From: Octopus vulgaris
Taxonomy: Eukaryota
NCBI GenBank assembly: GCA_951406725.2
Contig: OX597837.1
Location: 45,384,001 to 45,448,000 of the forward strand
Direction of reading: 5' to 3'
DNA length: 64,000 nucleotides
Notes under the pieces: generated by a model
What the model was told of the DNA's origin: nothing
What the model saw: the letters and a program-made list of their open reading frames with translations, nothing else
Database searches by the model: none
Shown here: positions 1-12,370 of the stretch, in pieces
Layout of the letters: the number at the start of each line of letters is the position of its first letter
Numbering within the stretch: position 1 is the stretch's first letter
Translations under genes and position numbers: made by a program

Positions 1-280
1 TGTCGAAAATGTCTTTCCTTTTCAACTTCGCACGCCATCGTCTTATGTCAAAAAGGAGGTGACGTATATTCAGACTTCAAAGACGATAAACAAAAGTTCT
101 AAAGGAAGAATAGAGCAACAAAAAATAAAGTGAAGGAAAAGAACATAAAATGTATGACGAAAATATTTTCCATGCAAATTCAAACAACATCGAAAAGAAA
201 CGAACGAATTTATCAGAAAAACCCAATAATTTTATACGTATGTAGTGAATGCTGCTTCTCTTGTTTCTAATAAGAAACGG

Positions 281-282
<2 letters not shown>

Positions 283-343
<61 letters not shown>
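283..343. repeat. (GT)n microsatellite
   Basis: Pure TG dinucleotide run; representative of many such runs in the window. Confidence 0.98.
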
Positions 344-346
<3 letters not shown>

Positions 347-436
347 TTGTATTCGTTCAATGAATCTGCGTGAGAGAGAAAAATATTTGAAGCTTGCTCG
401 TTTTTCAACAAATTTTTACGGAAAAATATACAATAT

Positions 437-523
<87 letters not shown>

Positions 524-839
524 CATACAACCTTTCAGTAGTTCCATGGTGATTAGTCAGCTGTTTCACAGGCAGCTTTCAAGCTTTTATATTCAAAGAT
601 TTTTTTTTAAAAAAACAATATTCTGCAACACGCTAATATTTATACCCTTATCTACTTCGAGTTGGACCGTTAAAAAATAATGTAACTCATATCTCTCCAG
701 CATTCAATATTTTTATAATGTTTACATACACATACCTACAAATGTATGTGTGTGTATGTGGGGTATTGTAAATACTATATATATATATACATATATATAC
801 ATATATATATATATACATATATATACATATATATGTGTG

Positions 840-906
<67 letters not shown>

Positions 907-968
907 TATATATATATCACATATATATATATCATATATAATATCTATTACACACACACACCCACACA

Positions 969-1017
<49 letters not shown>

Positions 1018-1023
<6 letters not shown>

Positions 1024-1309
1024 TAAATATTAGGGAATAAATCCAAATTTACAGGGAAAAAATCAGGGATTATATATAGGTTATATATGGATTATATATT
1101 TATATTTTTTCATTCATACTTTAATTATTTTAAAATTATTATTTTATATTTTAAAATATTGATATTTTAGATTGGAAGTCCACCTGAAGATTGTCGATCA
1201 AGACAAGAAACAATTGTAGTGGCGGTTTTTTTTACTATTTATTAAAATGTTATGTATTGATTAAGTCTTTCCTTGTTTGTTTTGCAAAATAGTGGTTTTG
1301 TCTCTAATA

Positions 1310-1315
<6 letters not shown>
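1018..1315 (+). mobile_element. Short hammerhead-bearing unit in (TA)n, probable Penelope-like solo pseudo-LTR fragment
   Basis: About 300 nt of non-repetitive sequence bounded by (TA)n tracts on both sides and containing a complete hammerhead motif. Confidence 0.6.
1180..1222 (+). ncRNA. Minimal type I hammerhead ribozyme
   Basis: CCAC-CTGAAGA-TTGTC(gatcaa)GACAA-GAAA-CAATTG-TA-GTGG: stem I, intact core, 5-bp stem II, palindromic stem III, GUA cleavage triplet ending at 1218. Confidence 0.9.
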
Positions 1316-1340
<25 letters not shown>

Positions 1341-1684
1341 GTAACTATATGCATTTGTTTCTACGTGTAAAAGTTTCCCAAAAGCAGAACATGCATACAA
1401 ACATGCGAGACCGACCCATTTCTACCAAGCATTGTTCGTTTCTTTCATTCTTCCTATCTCCGCTAGCAGTTTTCTAACTAGAAACAACGCCGTTATCTAC
1501 CCGTTCGATAATAATTTCGACATTCCCTGCAGAACCAAAGATTGCTACTTATCTCTAAGTTTAGGCACAATAGGAAGATTGTTTTAAGTTTTTGAAAGAT
1601 GGAGTCAGTACTTATATGTCGGTATGTATGAATACATGTTTAGTTACATACATACATACGTGAACTGCTAGACATATATGTATG

Positions 1685-1730
<46 letters not shown>

Positions 1731-1831
1731 TTTATATATATATATATATGTATACATGTATACATATATGTATATATATATGTGTGTGTGAATATATACT
1801 TATGCATATATATATGTGTGTGTGTATGTGC

Positions 1832-1867
<36 letters not shown>

Positions 1868-1985
1868 GTATATATGTATGTATGTATGTATGTATAGTTG
1901 AACTTTAAAGAAAAACAAAAGACGAACACAAATGTATGAATAACAAGTAAGTGTATTAGTTTGACGCTAGGGAAAATGAAAATGT

Positions 1986-2020
1986 CTTTTAAGTTCCGAG
2001 CTACGCTCTTCAACAGAAAG
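1986..2020 (-). ncRNA. Degenerate hammerhead-like motif
   Basis: Minus strand CTTT-CTGTTGA-A-GAGC(gta)GCTC-GGAA-CTTA-AAAG; hammerhead topology with core substitutions; paralogous to 35937-35973. Confidence 0.45.
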
Positions 2021-2651
2021 AAATAAGAGGAAATAAGCACAGAGGGAATTGAAAAAAAACTTAGAGATTTCAGCAGTCCAGCATGGCGGATGATTGGAGA
2101 AAAAAGTTTGAAAGAAAGTGAGATAATAATGAAAAAGATAGGTTGAAAGAGAGGGAGATAATAAAGCGCTGGTAATCCCAAGAGAAGGTACACATGCGTG
2201 TGTGTGCATGTGAGAAAGGTGTGTGTGAGTGTGTAAGTGTGTATAGGTTTTGAATGACTCTGGGTTGAATGGTTTGAATGACTCTGACAAGTGTGAGTGC
2301 AGTATATGAGGTGTACTGTTTCACGTGGCGTGTGTGTGTGTGTGTGTGTGTGTGCGTTTGTGAACAAACTGTGCATGGTTATGGCGTATATATGTGGGCG
2401 AAAGTTATCTTTGTCTATGTATGTTGCGTGTGGTGTTGCGTGTGTATATATATAGCTTGTGTTCAGCTATTACCTGCTTGTGTTGGCGTAGTAGTATATA
2501 TTGTCTATATTCAGGTATTATGTGCTTATATAGGTGTGGGGAGTGAGCATGATGGTGTGTGGTGTGTGTACTGAGTTGAACAGTGTGTAGGGGTGCTCGT
2601 ATAGTGGTATGTGTGGTGAGGCTATTGAAAATTGAAAATTGATTTAATTAA

Positions 2652-2899
2652 TGTGCCCTTTTAAAGCCTAGCCAGGCTCATGGGCCCGGTTTCCCGGTTT
2701 CTATGGCGTATGTGTTCCCCAGCTGGACGGGACGCCAGTCCATCGCAGCGTTACTCATTTTTGCAAGCTGAGTGGACTGGAGCAACGTGAAATGAAGAGT
2801 TTTGCTCAAGAACACAACGCGTCGCCCGGTCCAGGAATCGAAACCATAATCTTACGATCATGATGCTGACACCCTAACCATTAAGCCACGCGCCTCCAC
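2652..2899 (-). mobile_element. tRNA-derived SINE (body 2 + tail 1; V-SINE-like)
   Basis: Minus strand GGAGGCGCGTGGCTTAATGGTTAG (A box), GGTTTCGATTCC (B box), then TGTGTTCTTGAGCAA and GCGATGGACTGGCGTCCCGTCCAG blocks. Confidence 0.85.
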
Positions 2900-3499
2900 T
2901 AATAGAAAATATAGGTGTAGTTATTTAAATATCCTAAGATTTATTTCCTGATAAATCCGACATTGAGTTGTGCAAAGAATAAGATCACATTTTTGATGAA
3001 ATCTCAATCGACCAAGATTGAGCAAGGGTTGAACAACAATAACAACAGCAGCAACATATATTTGTAAATACTCGATCATCCAGTGGTCGTATTTTGTTTT
3101 TCTTAATAAATCCGACGTTGATTTATAAAAGATACCGAAATATATCTTTGATCAAAGGTCAGTTCGATCAGGGTTGACCTAGGATGAAACAACCTCAATA
3201 TTAAACATTGAAACATCTAGCAGGTGTAACAGTTTAATATCAGATGAAAGCCGATCACTGAATATTGATCTAGTATCGATTATTTTATTCTTTGCTCAGC
3301 AGAGTAAATTTTGCTAAAAGGCCGTTACTTCTCTGCAATGAGAGGTCACAACTCCGGTACTACGGACGTGTACTTAGTAGTACTTGGGGTAGCATTCACC
3401 CGAGGTAATTTGACCCGGACCCGACCAACGATTTGGCCAGGTCGATCACAAGTGCTGACCCTATCCAAGCAAGGACGTCAGATAGCGCAGACACCACAG

Positions 3500-3720
3500 C
3501 CGTAGTCATGATTCGTTGCTGAAGTCTAGAGTTCGGAGCCGAACTACGGACATCTAATTAAAATGTCATAGCAACAGATTATAAGACAAATTCTTCCAAC
3601 CGGGGCTACCGGTAGAAGAACTGGGGGTAAAGCAAGAATGAGATGGTTGGATAATATCCATGATCTCATTTGGTCTCACTTGGGTATCAAACCGAAAAGT
3701 CTAACAAAAGAAGTACCTGA
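3500..3720 (+). mobile_element. RTE-clade LINE, decayed ORF C-terminal fragment
   Basis: Translates as YGHLIKMS*QQIIRQILPTGATGRRTGGKARMRWLDNIHDLIWSHLGIKP, matching the RTE GH..RM...G.R.RGRP..RW.D motif. Confidence 0.7.
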
Positions 3721-4127
3721 GAATAATATCTACAGATTCAGTCTGTCACGCTTGAGATTCCAGCAAGAAAGTTAAATGATGTTTACTTCCAAAAGTTCCC
3801 TATAGATGAGGTACCTGAGAAATATGCTCCCATAACCCCACGAGGAATAATATGAGGAGAAAATGGATGGATGGTTCCTATAAAATGGACGGATGGGTCT
3901 TATAAAAAACTGCAGTTTCTATTAGCTCTACATTTTTTACCATCTATTATTGCGCATGCGTACCATACAAGTCGTGGCTGCCATAACCACTATACTTCGT
4001 ACATTTTACACACAGTACATATCATTTCTACTTCTACAGTATCACGGTGCATCTTCAGTTACAAGGCATTAGCAATGGGGTAAAACTTTTCAGAGAAATT
4101 TTGTTGTGATATAAGCGCAGGTGTGAC

Positions 4128-4147
4128 CGCGCATGCGTGTGTCAGTG
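4128..4147 (+). promoter_or_regulatory. Candidate core promoter (NRF1-like GCGCATGCG site followed by Inr-like TCAGT)
   Basis: CGCGCATGCG at 4128-4137, a second TGCGCATGCG at 3951-3960, TCAGT at 4142-4146, directly upstream of a strong splice donor. Confidence 0.45.
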
Positions 4148-5029
4148 CTTTCTTTACACTGAGAGGAGTCACGACGCTGGTGTACAGCGTCATGAATTAT
4201 TGAACTAGGGAAGCTCAACTGCAAGGTAAGACTTTTGTTTTCTGCGATTCAGTGGGGGTTTATTATTTCATGTTTACTTTTTCTTTTCAGTCCTCACTGG
4301 ATTCTGGGCATTCGTCTGCCTGCGGTTGGGCATAAGTATCTCACTTAGAGGTAAGAAGTAAGTTGTTTTGGGGACGTATCCTGCTTCCAAAAATTGTAAA
4401 CGTTGCTTTTGTGTTCCTGTTGCTGTGTTCCTGCTACTATTTGGTCGGCCTAGAGTACTGATGGCCGGAAGATTGTATGCAGTATTTTGGGGGCCTATTC
4501 CACCTCCAAATATTGTGAAATATTTTTTACCAAATTTTGTATTAATTTATTGGGGAAATTTGTGATAGATAGATAGATAGATATGAGTATGTGTGTATGT
4601 GTGAGTGTGTGTGTAATGTGTGTGTTAGCATATGTGAATGTGTATGAGTGTTTATCTGTGTGTGTGTTTGTGTCTGCTTATGTGTGTCTGTGTAATGTGT
4701 GTGTTTGCATGTGTGTGTGTGTTTATGCGTGTGTGTGTGTGTACCTGCCTTTTTGTCCTGTGCTTGACAGCTGGTGTTTGTGTGTTTACGTCCTCGTAAC
4801 ATAGCTTCTCCGCAAACGAGCCTAGAATAATAAGTACTAGGCTTTAAAAAATGACTGAAAAAAGTAAAAGATTAAAGATTAAGATAAAAAAAAATCAAGA
4901 TAAAAGATCTTTATCTTTTCCATAATCTCACTCAGTCCGATATTTATTATTTTCTCTTTCAGGCCCAGCGGCATTTTCATTCTTTCCTACATTCATTTGC
5001 ATGTTTGAACCAACATCTTTTATTGAACG
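4144..5029 (+). other. Candidate spliced 5' exons (about 4144-4225, 4291-4350, 4963-5029) of a lncRNA or 5'UTR
   Basis: AAG|GTAAGA at 4225/4226; TTTACTTTTTCTTTTCAG| at 4290; GAG|GTAAGA at 4350/4351; TTTTCTCTTTCAG| at 4962; ACG|GTAAAT at 5029/5030. Confidence 0.55.
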
Positions 5030-5344
5030 GTAAATGCTGTGTGAATTTCTGGAAGCATGAAGTGAAATAACGATCAGGTGTTAGACATCAGCTCATTAAT
5101 ATTTATTTGAACATTTTCCAAAGGTTAAAAGCCAGTCAATCACCGGCTGACATATTTTCAAGGTTCTTCTCTTGGAAGTCAGACAGCGATAAATATATAT
5201 ACTTCTACTTAAGGCAGATGTATAACCTGATGTTACAAACATGCATGTGCGCAGAGACAACGTGTGTGCGTTATATAGTAGATACAGGCATATATATCCA
5301 TATACATATATATGTATGTATGTATGTATATATATATTATATAC

Positions 5345-5385
<41 letters not shown>

Positions 5386-5585
5386 ATGTGTGTATGTACT
5401 ATATATATATATATATATAAATATTTACATATTTACATATAAATATATGCATATATACGTATGTATATGTATGCATGAAAAGAAATATACAAAATAAAGA
5501 AATATATATATATGTGTGTGTGTATAACTATACAGACAGATAGACAGACAGGCAGCCAGACCGACAGATAAGTAGGTGAGTAAGT

Positions 5586-5620
<35 letters not shown>

Positions 5621-5689
5621 TAGATGGGTGGATGGATGGATGGATGGATGGATGGATGGATGGATGGATGGATGGATAGGTAGACATGA

Positions 5690-5858
5690 ATGTGTGGCAA
5701 AGGGTTCGTTTAGCACCCATGTGGTTTCGGGCTCGGTCCATCTCAGCAGCATCATAGGCAAGTGCCTCATACTCTAGCTCTGGGCCGACGAATGTGGAAG
5801 CCCTTCGTGTACATATGTTTGTGTGCGCATGTGTATGTATGTCCATATACACTCTTAC

Positions 5859-5896
<38 letters not shown>

Positions 5897-6145
5897 GCGT
5901 GCGTGTGTGTGTGTGTGTATCTATATGTATATGTCCTTGTGTCTTTGTCCACCTCCACTACCATTTGGTAACCTCTGTTGTTTTGTTCACGTCCACGTCA
6001 GTTAGTGGTTTGGCATAAGAAACCGATAGAATATATACCAAAATTTTAAAACACTGGTACTAAGAGCGATCTCTTCAACAAAAGCTGTTCAGAGCAGTGC
6101 CCCAGCGTGGCCGCAATCCAATGATTAAAACGAGTAAAGGATAAA
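5690..6145 (+). mobile_element. Decayed CORE-type SINE
   Basis: GGCAAGTG..TAGCTCTGGGCCGAC block, internal CA/TG tract, tail GTGCCCCAGCGTGGCCGCAATCCAATGATTAAAAC; similar to 32753-33200. Confidence 0.65.
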
Positions 6146-6405
6146 ATGAATACATAGAAAAAGATAAACAGATATTAAAACTACTATTTCAGAAACTGAA
6201 CCATAAGAACAGAAGGGATTACGGACGATTAGGAGATGGAGGGGTTATAAGGATTAATGTCAGCTTTATTTGCTGTAGCTTTGAAGGTTGTTGACTGAAC
6301 AAGCAGGTTCCATAATTATGCATTTATAAAGGGCGTAGTCATTGTTATATGCGCAACAGAATGGAGGTTAGAGGTCGTGAATGGAATCGGTGTTACTAGT
6401 CGTAT

Positions 6406-6711
6406 TTTGTTTGTTCCTTCTCGAGCCATGCCTGGCTCATAACGGCCGGTTTCCCGGTTTCCTTGGCGTATAGGTTCCCCACCAGGACGGGACGCCGGTC
6501 CGTCGCAGCTGAGCTGCAAGATGCAGGAGGAAAGAGTGAGAGAAAGTTGTGGCGAAAGAGTCAGCAGAAGTTTCGACATCACCTTCTGCCGGAACTGCAT
6601 GGAGCTTAGGTGTTTCGCTCATAAACACACACATCGCCCGGTCTGAGGTTCGAACCCACGATCCCTCGATCGCGAGTCCGCTGCTCTAACCATTAGGCCA
6701 TGTGCCTCCAC
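6406..6711 (-). mobile_element. tRNA-derived SINE (body 1 + tail 1) with target site duplication
   Basis: A/B boxes on minus strand; flanked by TTACTAGTCG(T/C)AT at 6393-6405 and 6712-6724; near-identical to 22482-22932 and 56012-56314. Confidence 0.92.
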
Positions 6712-6892
6712 TTACTAGTCGCATGTGTTTAGTTTGCTGACGACGTGCTTCGAAATTTCAAGAAAAACGTGTGTGTTTGTGTGTGCCCTCATGTGTGTGT
6801 GTGTGCGGGCGTGTGTGTGCGGGCGTGTGTGTGCGGGCGTGTGTGTGCGGGCGTGTGTGTGCCTGTCTTGTTTGTGGGTTTTATCCTCTATG

Positions 6893-7230
6893 TTGTACTT
6901 GTTTCAGTCACTGGACACCAACCAGTATTTATTTTTTTAAATATGGTACTTATTCTATCGATCCTTTTGGCTGAAACGCTAGATTACAGGAACAGTAAGT
7001 TTGGAACTTATTCTATCAGGCACTTCTGCCGAACCACTAAGGTAGGGGACGTAAACAACAATTCCTGTTATCAAGCGGTGGTGGAGGACAAAAACAGGCA
7101 CAACGACACACACACACATACACATACATGTAGGTTTCTTTCAGTTTCCGTCAACCAAATTCACTCACAAGGATTTGGTCGGCCCGTAGCTATACTAGAA
7201 GACATATGCTTAAGGAGCCATACAGTGGAA
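6893..7230 (-). mobile_element. Decayed CORE-type SINE
   Basis: Reverse complement of the 32753-33200 family (TTCTTTCAGTTTCCGTCAACCAAATTCACTCACAAGG). Confidence 0.75.
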
Positions 7231-7384
7231 ATAATAATAATAATAATAAAGCAAAAACAAAAAATAATAAGCCGTGAACGGTTCTCTCCCTTAGGGGTAA
7301 TTTCTCCCTCCCTTCTATTTCATAGCGAACTCTCTTACTCTTCGCCTCTTACACTGGAAGCACTACCAAAAGCCACCAGTTAAA

Positions 7385-7451
<67 letters not shown>

Positions 7452-7487
7452 CATTTATATGTGCATATGCATATACATATATATGAT

Positions 7488-7874
7488 GGATGGAAGCACT
7501 CCGTCGGTTACGACGATGAGAGTACCGGTTGATCCGAATCAACGGAACAGCCTGCTCGTGAAATTAACGTGTAAATGGCTGAGCACTCCACAGACACGTG
7601 TACCCTTAACGTAGTTCTCGGGGAAATTCAGCGTGACACAGAGAGTGACAAGGCCGGCCCTTTGAAATACAGGTACAACAGAAACAGGAAGTAAGAGTGA
7701 GAGAAAGTTGTGGTGAAAGAGTACAGCAGGGATCACCACCATCCCCTGCTAGAGTCTCGTGGAGCTTTAGGCGTTTTCGCTCAATAAACACTCACAATGC
7801 CCGGTCTGGGAATCGAAACCGCGATCCTATGACCGCGAGTCCGCTGCCCTAACCACTGGGCCATTGCGCCTCCA
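7488..7874 (-). mobile_element. tRNA-derived SINE (body 1 + tail 2)
   Basis: Head GGAGGCGCAATGGCCCAGTGGTTAGGGCAGCGGACTCGCGG; body shared with the 6406 family, tail shared with 39473-39810. Confidence 0.9.
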
Positions 7875-7894
7875 TATATGATAGACATACATAC

Positions 7895-8055
7895 GTGAAG
7901 CGGGATTCCGCATACTTTCTGCCTAGAAATCCACCCACAAGGCATTGGTCGGCTTGGGGCTATAGTAGAGGACACTTGCCCACAGTGCCACGCAGTAGGA
8001 CTGAACCCGAAACCATATGGTTGCAAAGCGGGCTTCTTAACTACACAGCCATTCC
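7895..8055 (-). mobile_element. CORE-type SINE 5' part
   Basis: Reverse complement of GGTTCAGTCCTACTGCGTGGCACTGTGGGCAAGTGTCCTCTACTATAGCC. Confidence 0.8.
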
Positions 8056-8099
8056 TGACACTCTGTGTTTGTTTTGATGTTTGTGTGTGTGTGTGCGTG

Positions 8100-8141
<42 letters not shown>

Positions 8142-9126
8142 CGTGTGTGTGTGTGTGTGTGCGTGTGTCTGTGTGTGTGTGTGTGTGTGTATGTGTGTGT
8201 GTGCGTGTGCGTGTATGTACGCCTGCTTCTTTTCATGTTCATGTATGTGTGTTTAGGTGTGTGTGTGTGCCTCTGTGTGTTTGCGTGTGCGTGTGCCTGA
8301 GTTTGTGTCTGTCTGTCTGTATGTGTTTGTGTGTCTTCGACAGCGAAAGTGCAAAAATGATTTAGAATTCGGAATCTGGAACCTGCCTGCTTTGCTCTCT
8401 GCATAAATCATAACCATTAATCATTGATCATTAACCATTAACCATTAACCTAACACACACACACACACGCATTTCAAGCTTTTATTCATTTATTCGTTCG
8501 TTTGTTTTTATTTTTTTCTGTTTTCCTTATGAAACAGAATCTAATTGTAAATTAGTCAGAGCAGACATTTGCCTGTATTGCATATCATTATTATAGTTGC
8601 CGTTTAACATCCAATTAACCACGCGGCTTCTAGACCAATTAGCCAGCACGTACATAGAGAGAGAGAGAGAGAGATGCGCAACGGATCGTTCTTTGTACTG
8701 TTTGTCATAAGGCTTCGTGTCTTTCTGAGAAGAGATGTCAATTAATTGACCCGCCTGACTGGTTGGCTGGCTGGTTGGCTGGTGTGCGGTTGGGCGGGTT
8801 TTGGTGGGTGGGTGAGTTGGATACGTTCAACGCGGCAGGAAAACGAAGAGGTAACTGTATGAAATATGGTGTATCTGTTTATAATATACGCGGTGTCGAT
8901 ATGCAATTTAAAATCCGGTATATGCAACTGAGGCGGTATTTAATAAAACTATTCATCCATGTATCATCAGACTTTATGTATGTACGCTGTTGATAGGCCA
9001 GTTGCTGCGGATTTTGTCCTGAGATAACATATCTCAAAGACTTTCTGTGTTGAAAGTACGCTAGTTATGAGAGGTACATACTACAGAAGGACAAAATAGA
9101 ATAATCAGAACAAGAGGAGACAGGGA

Positions 9127-9169
9127 GTCACTGATGAGTACAAAGAATGTGTGACGGACGAAATCTGAC
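9127..9169 (+). ncRNA. Hammerhead-like motif lacking stem III
   Basis: GTCA-CTGATGA-GTAC...GGAC-GAAA-TC-TGAC: core and stem I present, stem II imperfect, stem III absent. Confidence 0.35.
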
Positions 9170-9213
9170 AAATAACAACAACAACAACAACAGCAGCAAC
9201 AATAACAATAATG

Positions 9214-9280
<67 letters not shown>

Positions 9281-9563
9281 GGTGAAGATCAAATAAATAG
9301 TACATGTGTTTAAATAGTAAAAAGAAAACACGTACCAACCCCGAGAGAGAGAGAGAGAGATGCGAAAATGCATCCCAACAGCCAACCAGCGAAAACGCGT
9401 TAAGTAAAAGACATTTGCCCAAGATGCCACGCAGTGGGCCTGAAACCGAGTCCAGTTGGTTGTAGAGCGAGCTTCTTTTCCAAACCAAGAGAAGAGGAAC
9501 AAAAAGATGGGAAAAGATGCAGCATTGTGTGATTGTAACGGCTAACACAAGCCATTTACATAC

Positions 9564-9627
<64 letters not shown>

Positions 9628-10901
9628 ATATTTCGGAATGGTCATATTGCCAGTTTAGCCAATAAAAAAATCTTGCACAACAAATATTTAAACGTATATA
9701 TATATATATATTGTTATATTTCGGAATGGTCATATTGCCAGTTTAGCCAAATATTTAAACGTATATATATATATATATATATATTCTCTAAGACACACAC
9801 ACACACATACACACATATATATAATGTAATATATATTTTAGGCATAGCCGTGTGGGAAGGAGAATACTTCCAGGTTCAGTGACGCTAAGCTGTTCCTTGC
9901 GAAAGTGTCTTCTACTGTAGCCCCGGACCGACAATAGCTTTGTGAGTAGACTTGGTAAATGGTAATTAAAGGAAGACTACCGTATATATGTGTGTGTGTG
10001 TGGAGAGAGAGGGGGAGAGAAAGAGAGAGTGGGGGGGAGAGAGTACGAGTAATTTCGCCAGAATGACCCAATCTAATAGGTATGCGTTGTGAGTGCTCAA
10101 ATAGGTGTACCACTGAAATTTCAGTAAGAACAGAGGTTGAAGTTGTGGTTGTATGATTATCTTGTTCAAAAAACGGCTGGAGGTGACATTCCTTTGAGTC
10201 AGTACGTATAAGTTAAAGCAGTGAAGAAAGGTAAACAATTAGGCAATAAAGGACAAAGACAGTAAAATTTAGGTACATAAAGAATGCGTGCATGCGTGTA
10301 TGTATGTATGTATGCATGTTTTTATGTATGTACGTATGTATATATATGAATGCATGTATTAATGTATTTTATGTATGAATATGTATGAATAAATGTGTCT
10401 TTATGTGTGTACGTATGTATGTATGTTTGTATGTATGTATGAATTAATCTATGCATATCTATGTATGTGTGCATGTATGTATGCATGTATGAATGTATGT
10501 ATGTTTATGTATGAATGCATGTATGTCTATGTGTGTACGTATGTATGTATGTATGTATGTAGGCAGGTATGTATTTAATCAAACAGACCCCAGAGAGGCG
10601 GTTGTTATTCTCTGTCGGCAAGTCTTCCATTGTGTTCTGCACCCTACACATACATCTACACATGTGCGTAGATGTAAGCTAAAAGATTACATCACTTCCG
10701 ACCGACAAAGGCCAGTTTAGATTCATACAGTAATTTATAATGACAGCAATCAGAGACTTACTTCTGAAATCTGATTTATATCTCCTATCTGTCTGACGGT
10801 ACACGAGAATCACTGACTCTGTGTATGTATGGGTATGCACCATTTGTAGCCTCTGTACGTATACGTATCCTAAGTGTTCTCAGATCATACATACATACAT
10901 A

Positions 10902-10943
<42 letters not shown>

Positions 10944-11213
10944 CTTAATATGTCTGCATTGCTCACGGTGTCTGTCGTGTTCTGGTTGTGTGTGTGCGTT
11001 TACGAAAATGTCTGTAGATGTGATTTCGCCATTAAATCACTTTATGTCACTGAACAAATATCCTTTTCAACGAATACGGCGTTTGACGTCGTAAATCTGT
11101 TTATACGTCAACTTATATGTTCGCTAAATTTTGCCAATACATTTACGTATATATACATATATAGATATAAACCTACTATACCCATATATACATAAATGTA
11201 TATATATATATAT

Positions 11214-11345
<132 letters not shown>

Positions 11346-11708
11346 ATATATATGTAAGCATGTATGTATGCATTTGTATGCGAGTAAGTATATATATATG
11401 TATATGCGTTTAAATATATATATATATATGCATATATGTGTATATATAAATAAATATAGATATGCGTGTATGTGCGTGTGTGTGTGTGCGTGTAAGCGAA
11501 ATCGCACTAGACACATAAACAATGGTTAGAGGCGTATTTAGTGGTTATTTGTTGCGTTATTTTACGTCCTGAGTTCAAGTGCTGCGTGGCGCCGTTCTGC
11601 TTTTCATTCTTACTGGTCCTGAGAAGATAAAGTATCTCACAAGTAATAAGGTGATTAAACCAAGTGAATGGGTGACCTCGCGTCAACAAATCATTATCAT
11701 CATCATCA

Positions 11709-11784
<76 letters not shown>

Positions 11785-11787
11785 CAT

Positions 11788-11864
<77 letters not shown>

Positions 11865-12030
11865 GGCGAGATGGCAAAATCGTTAGCAGTGTTTCGTCCA
11901 TCTTTACCGTCGGAGTTCCTAGCGGTCGACTTCCACATTCATTCTTTCAGGGCCGATAAAATATGTACCAGTTGAACACTGGGATCGATGTGATCGACTT
12001 ACCCCGCTCCTTACAATTGCTGGTCATGTG
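11865..12030 (+). mobile_element. Decayed Meta-type SINE
   Basis: GGCGAGATGGCAAAATCGTTAGCA head and GGTCGACTT...CATTCTTTCAGGGCCGATAAAATATGTACCAG block, as in 54378-54585. Confidence 0.7.
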
Positions 12031-12370
12031 ATTTGAAGATAAAACAGAGTAAGAAGTTTTCTTAGAAGAGACGAGTCGAAACAATTGGCCATGTTGTAAA
12101 AACAACGAACTCCACACATACACCTACGTATGTGAATGCATGTCTGTAATATGTAGAAACTCTGTGTGTTAGAAGGTGATAGAAGAAATGGGTCTAAGTT
12201 ATATAAATGAATGCAGCTGTCCAACAACACCATTCGCCGAAATATATATATGTATATTTATGCCGTGAGAGAAATACAGCGAATTTCATTTGGGAAGTAC
12301 AATTCGGCCATTACGAATGCCGCCTCCGCAAGAGTACATTACCTTTAAAAGAAAAGAAAAATGAACAGTA

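Noticed and set aside
7800-7874. tRNA gene calls for A/B-box sequences here and at other SINE heads
   Set aside because: Each continues into a SINE body and tail, often with TSDs, and lacks a proper acceptor stem
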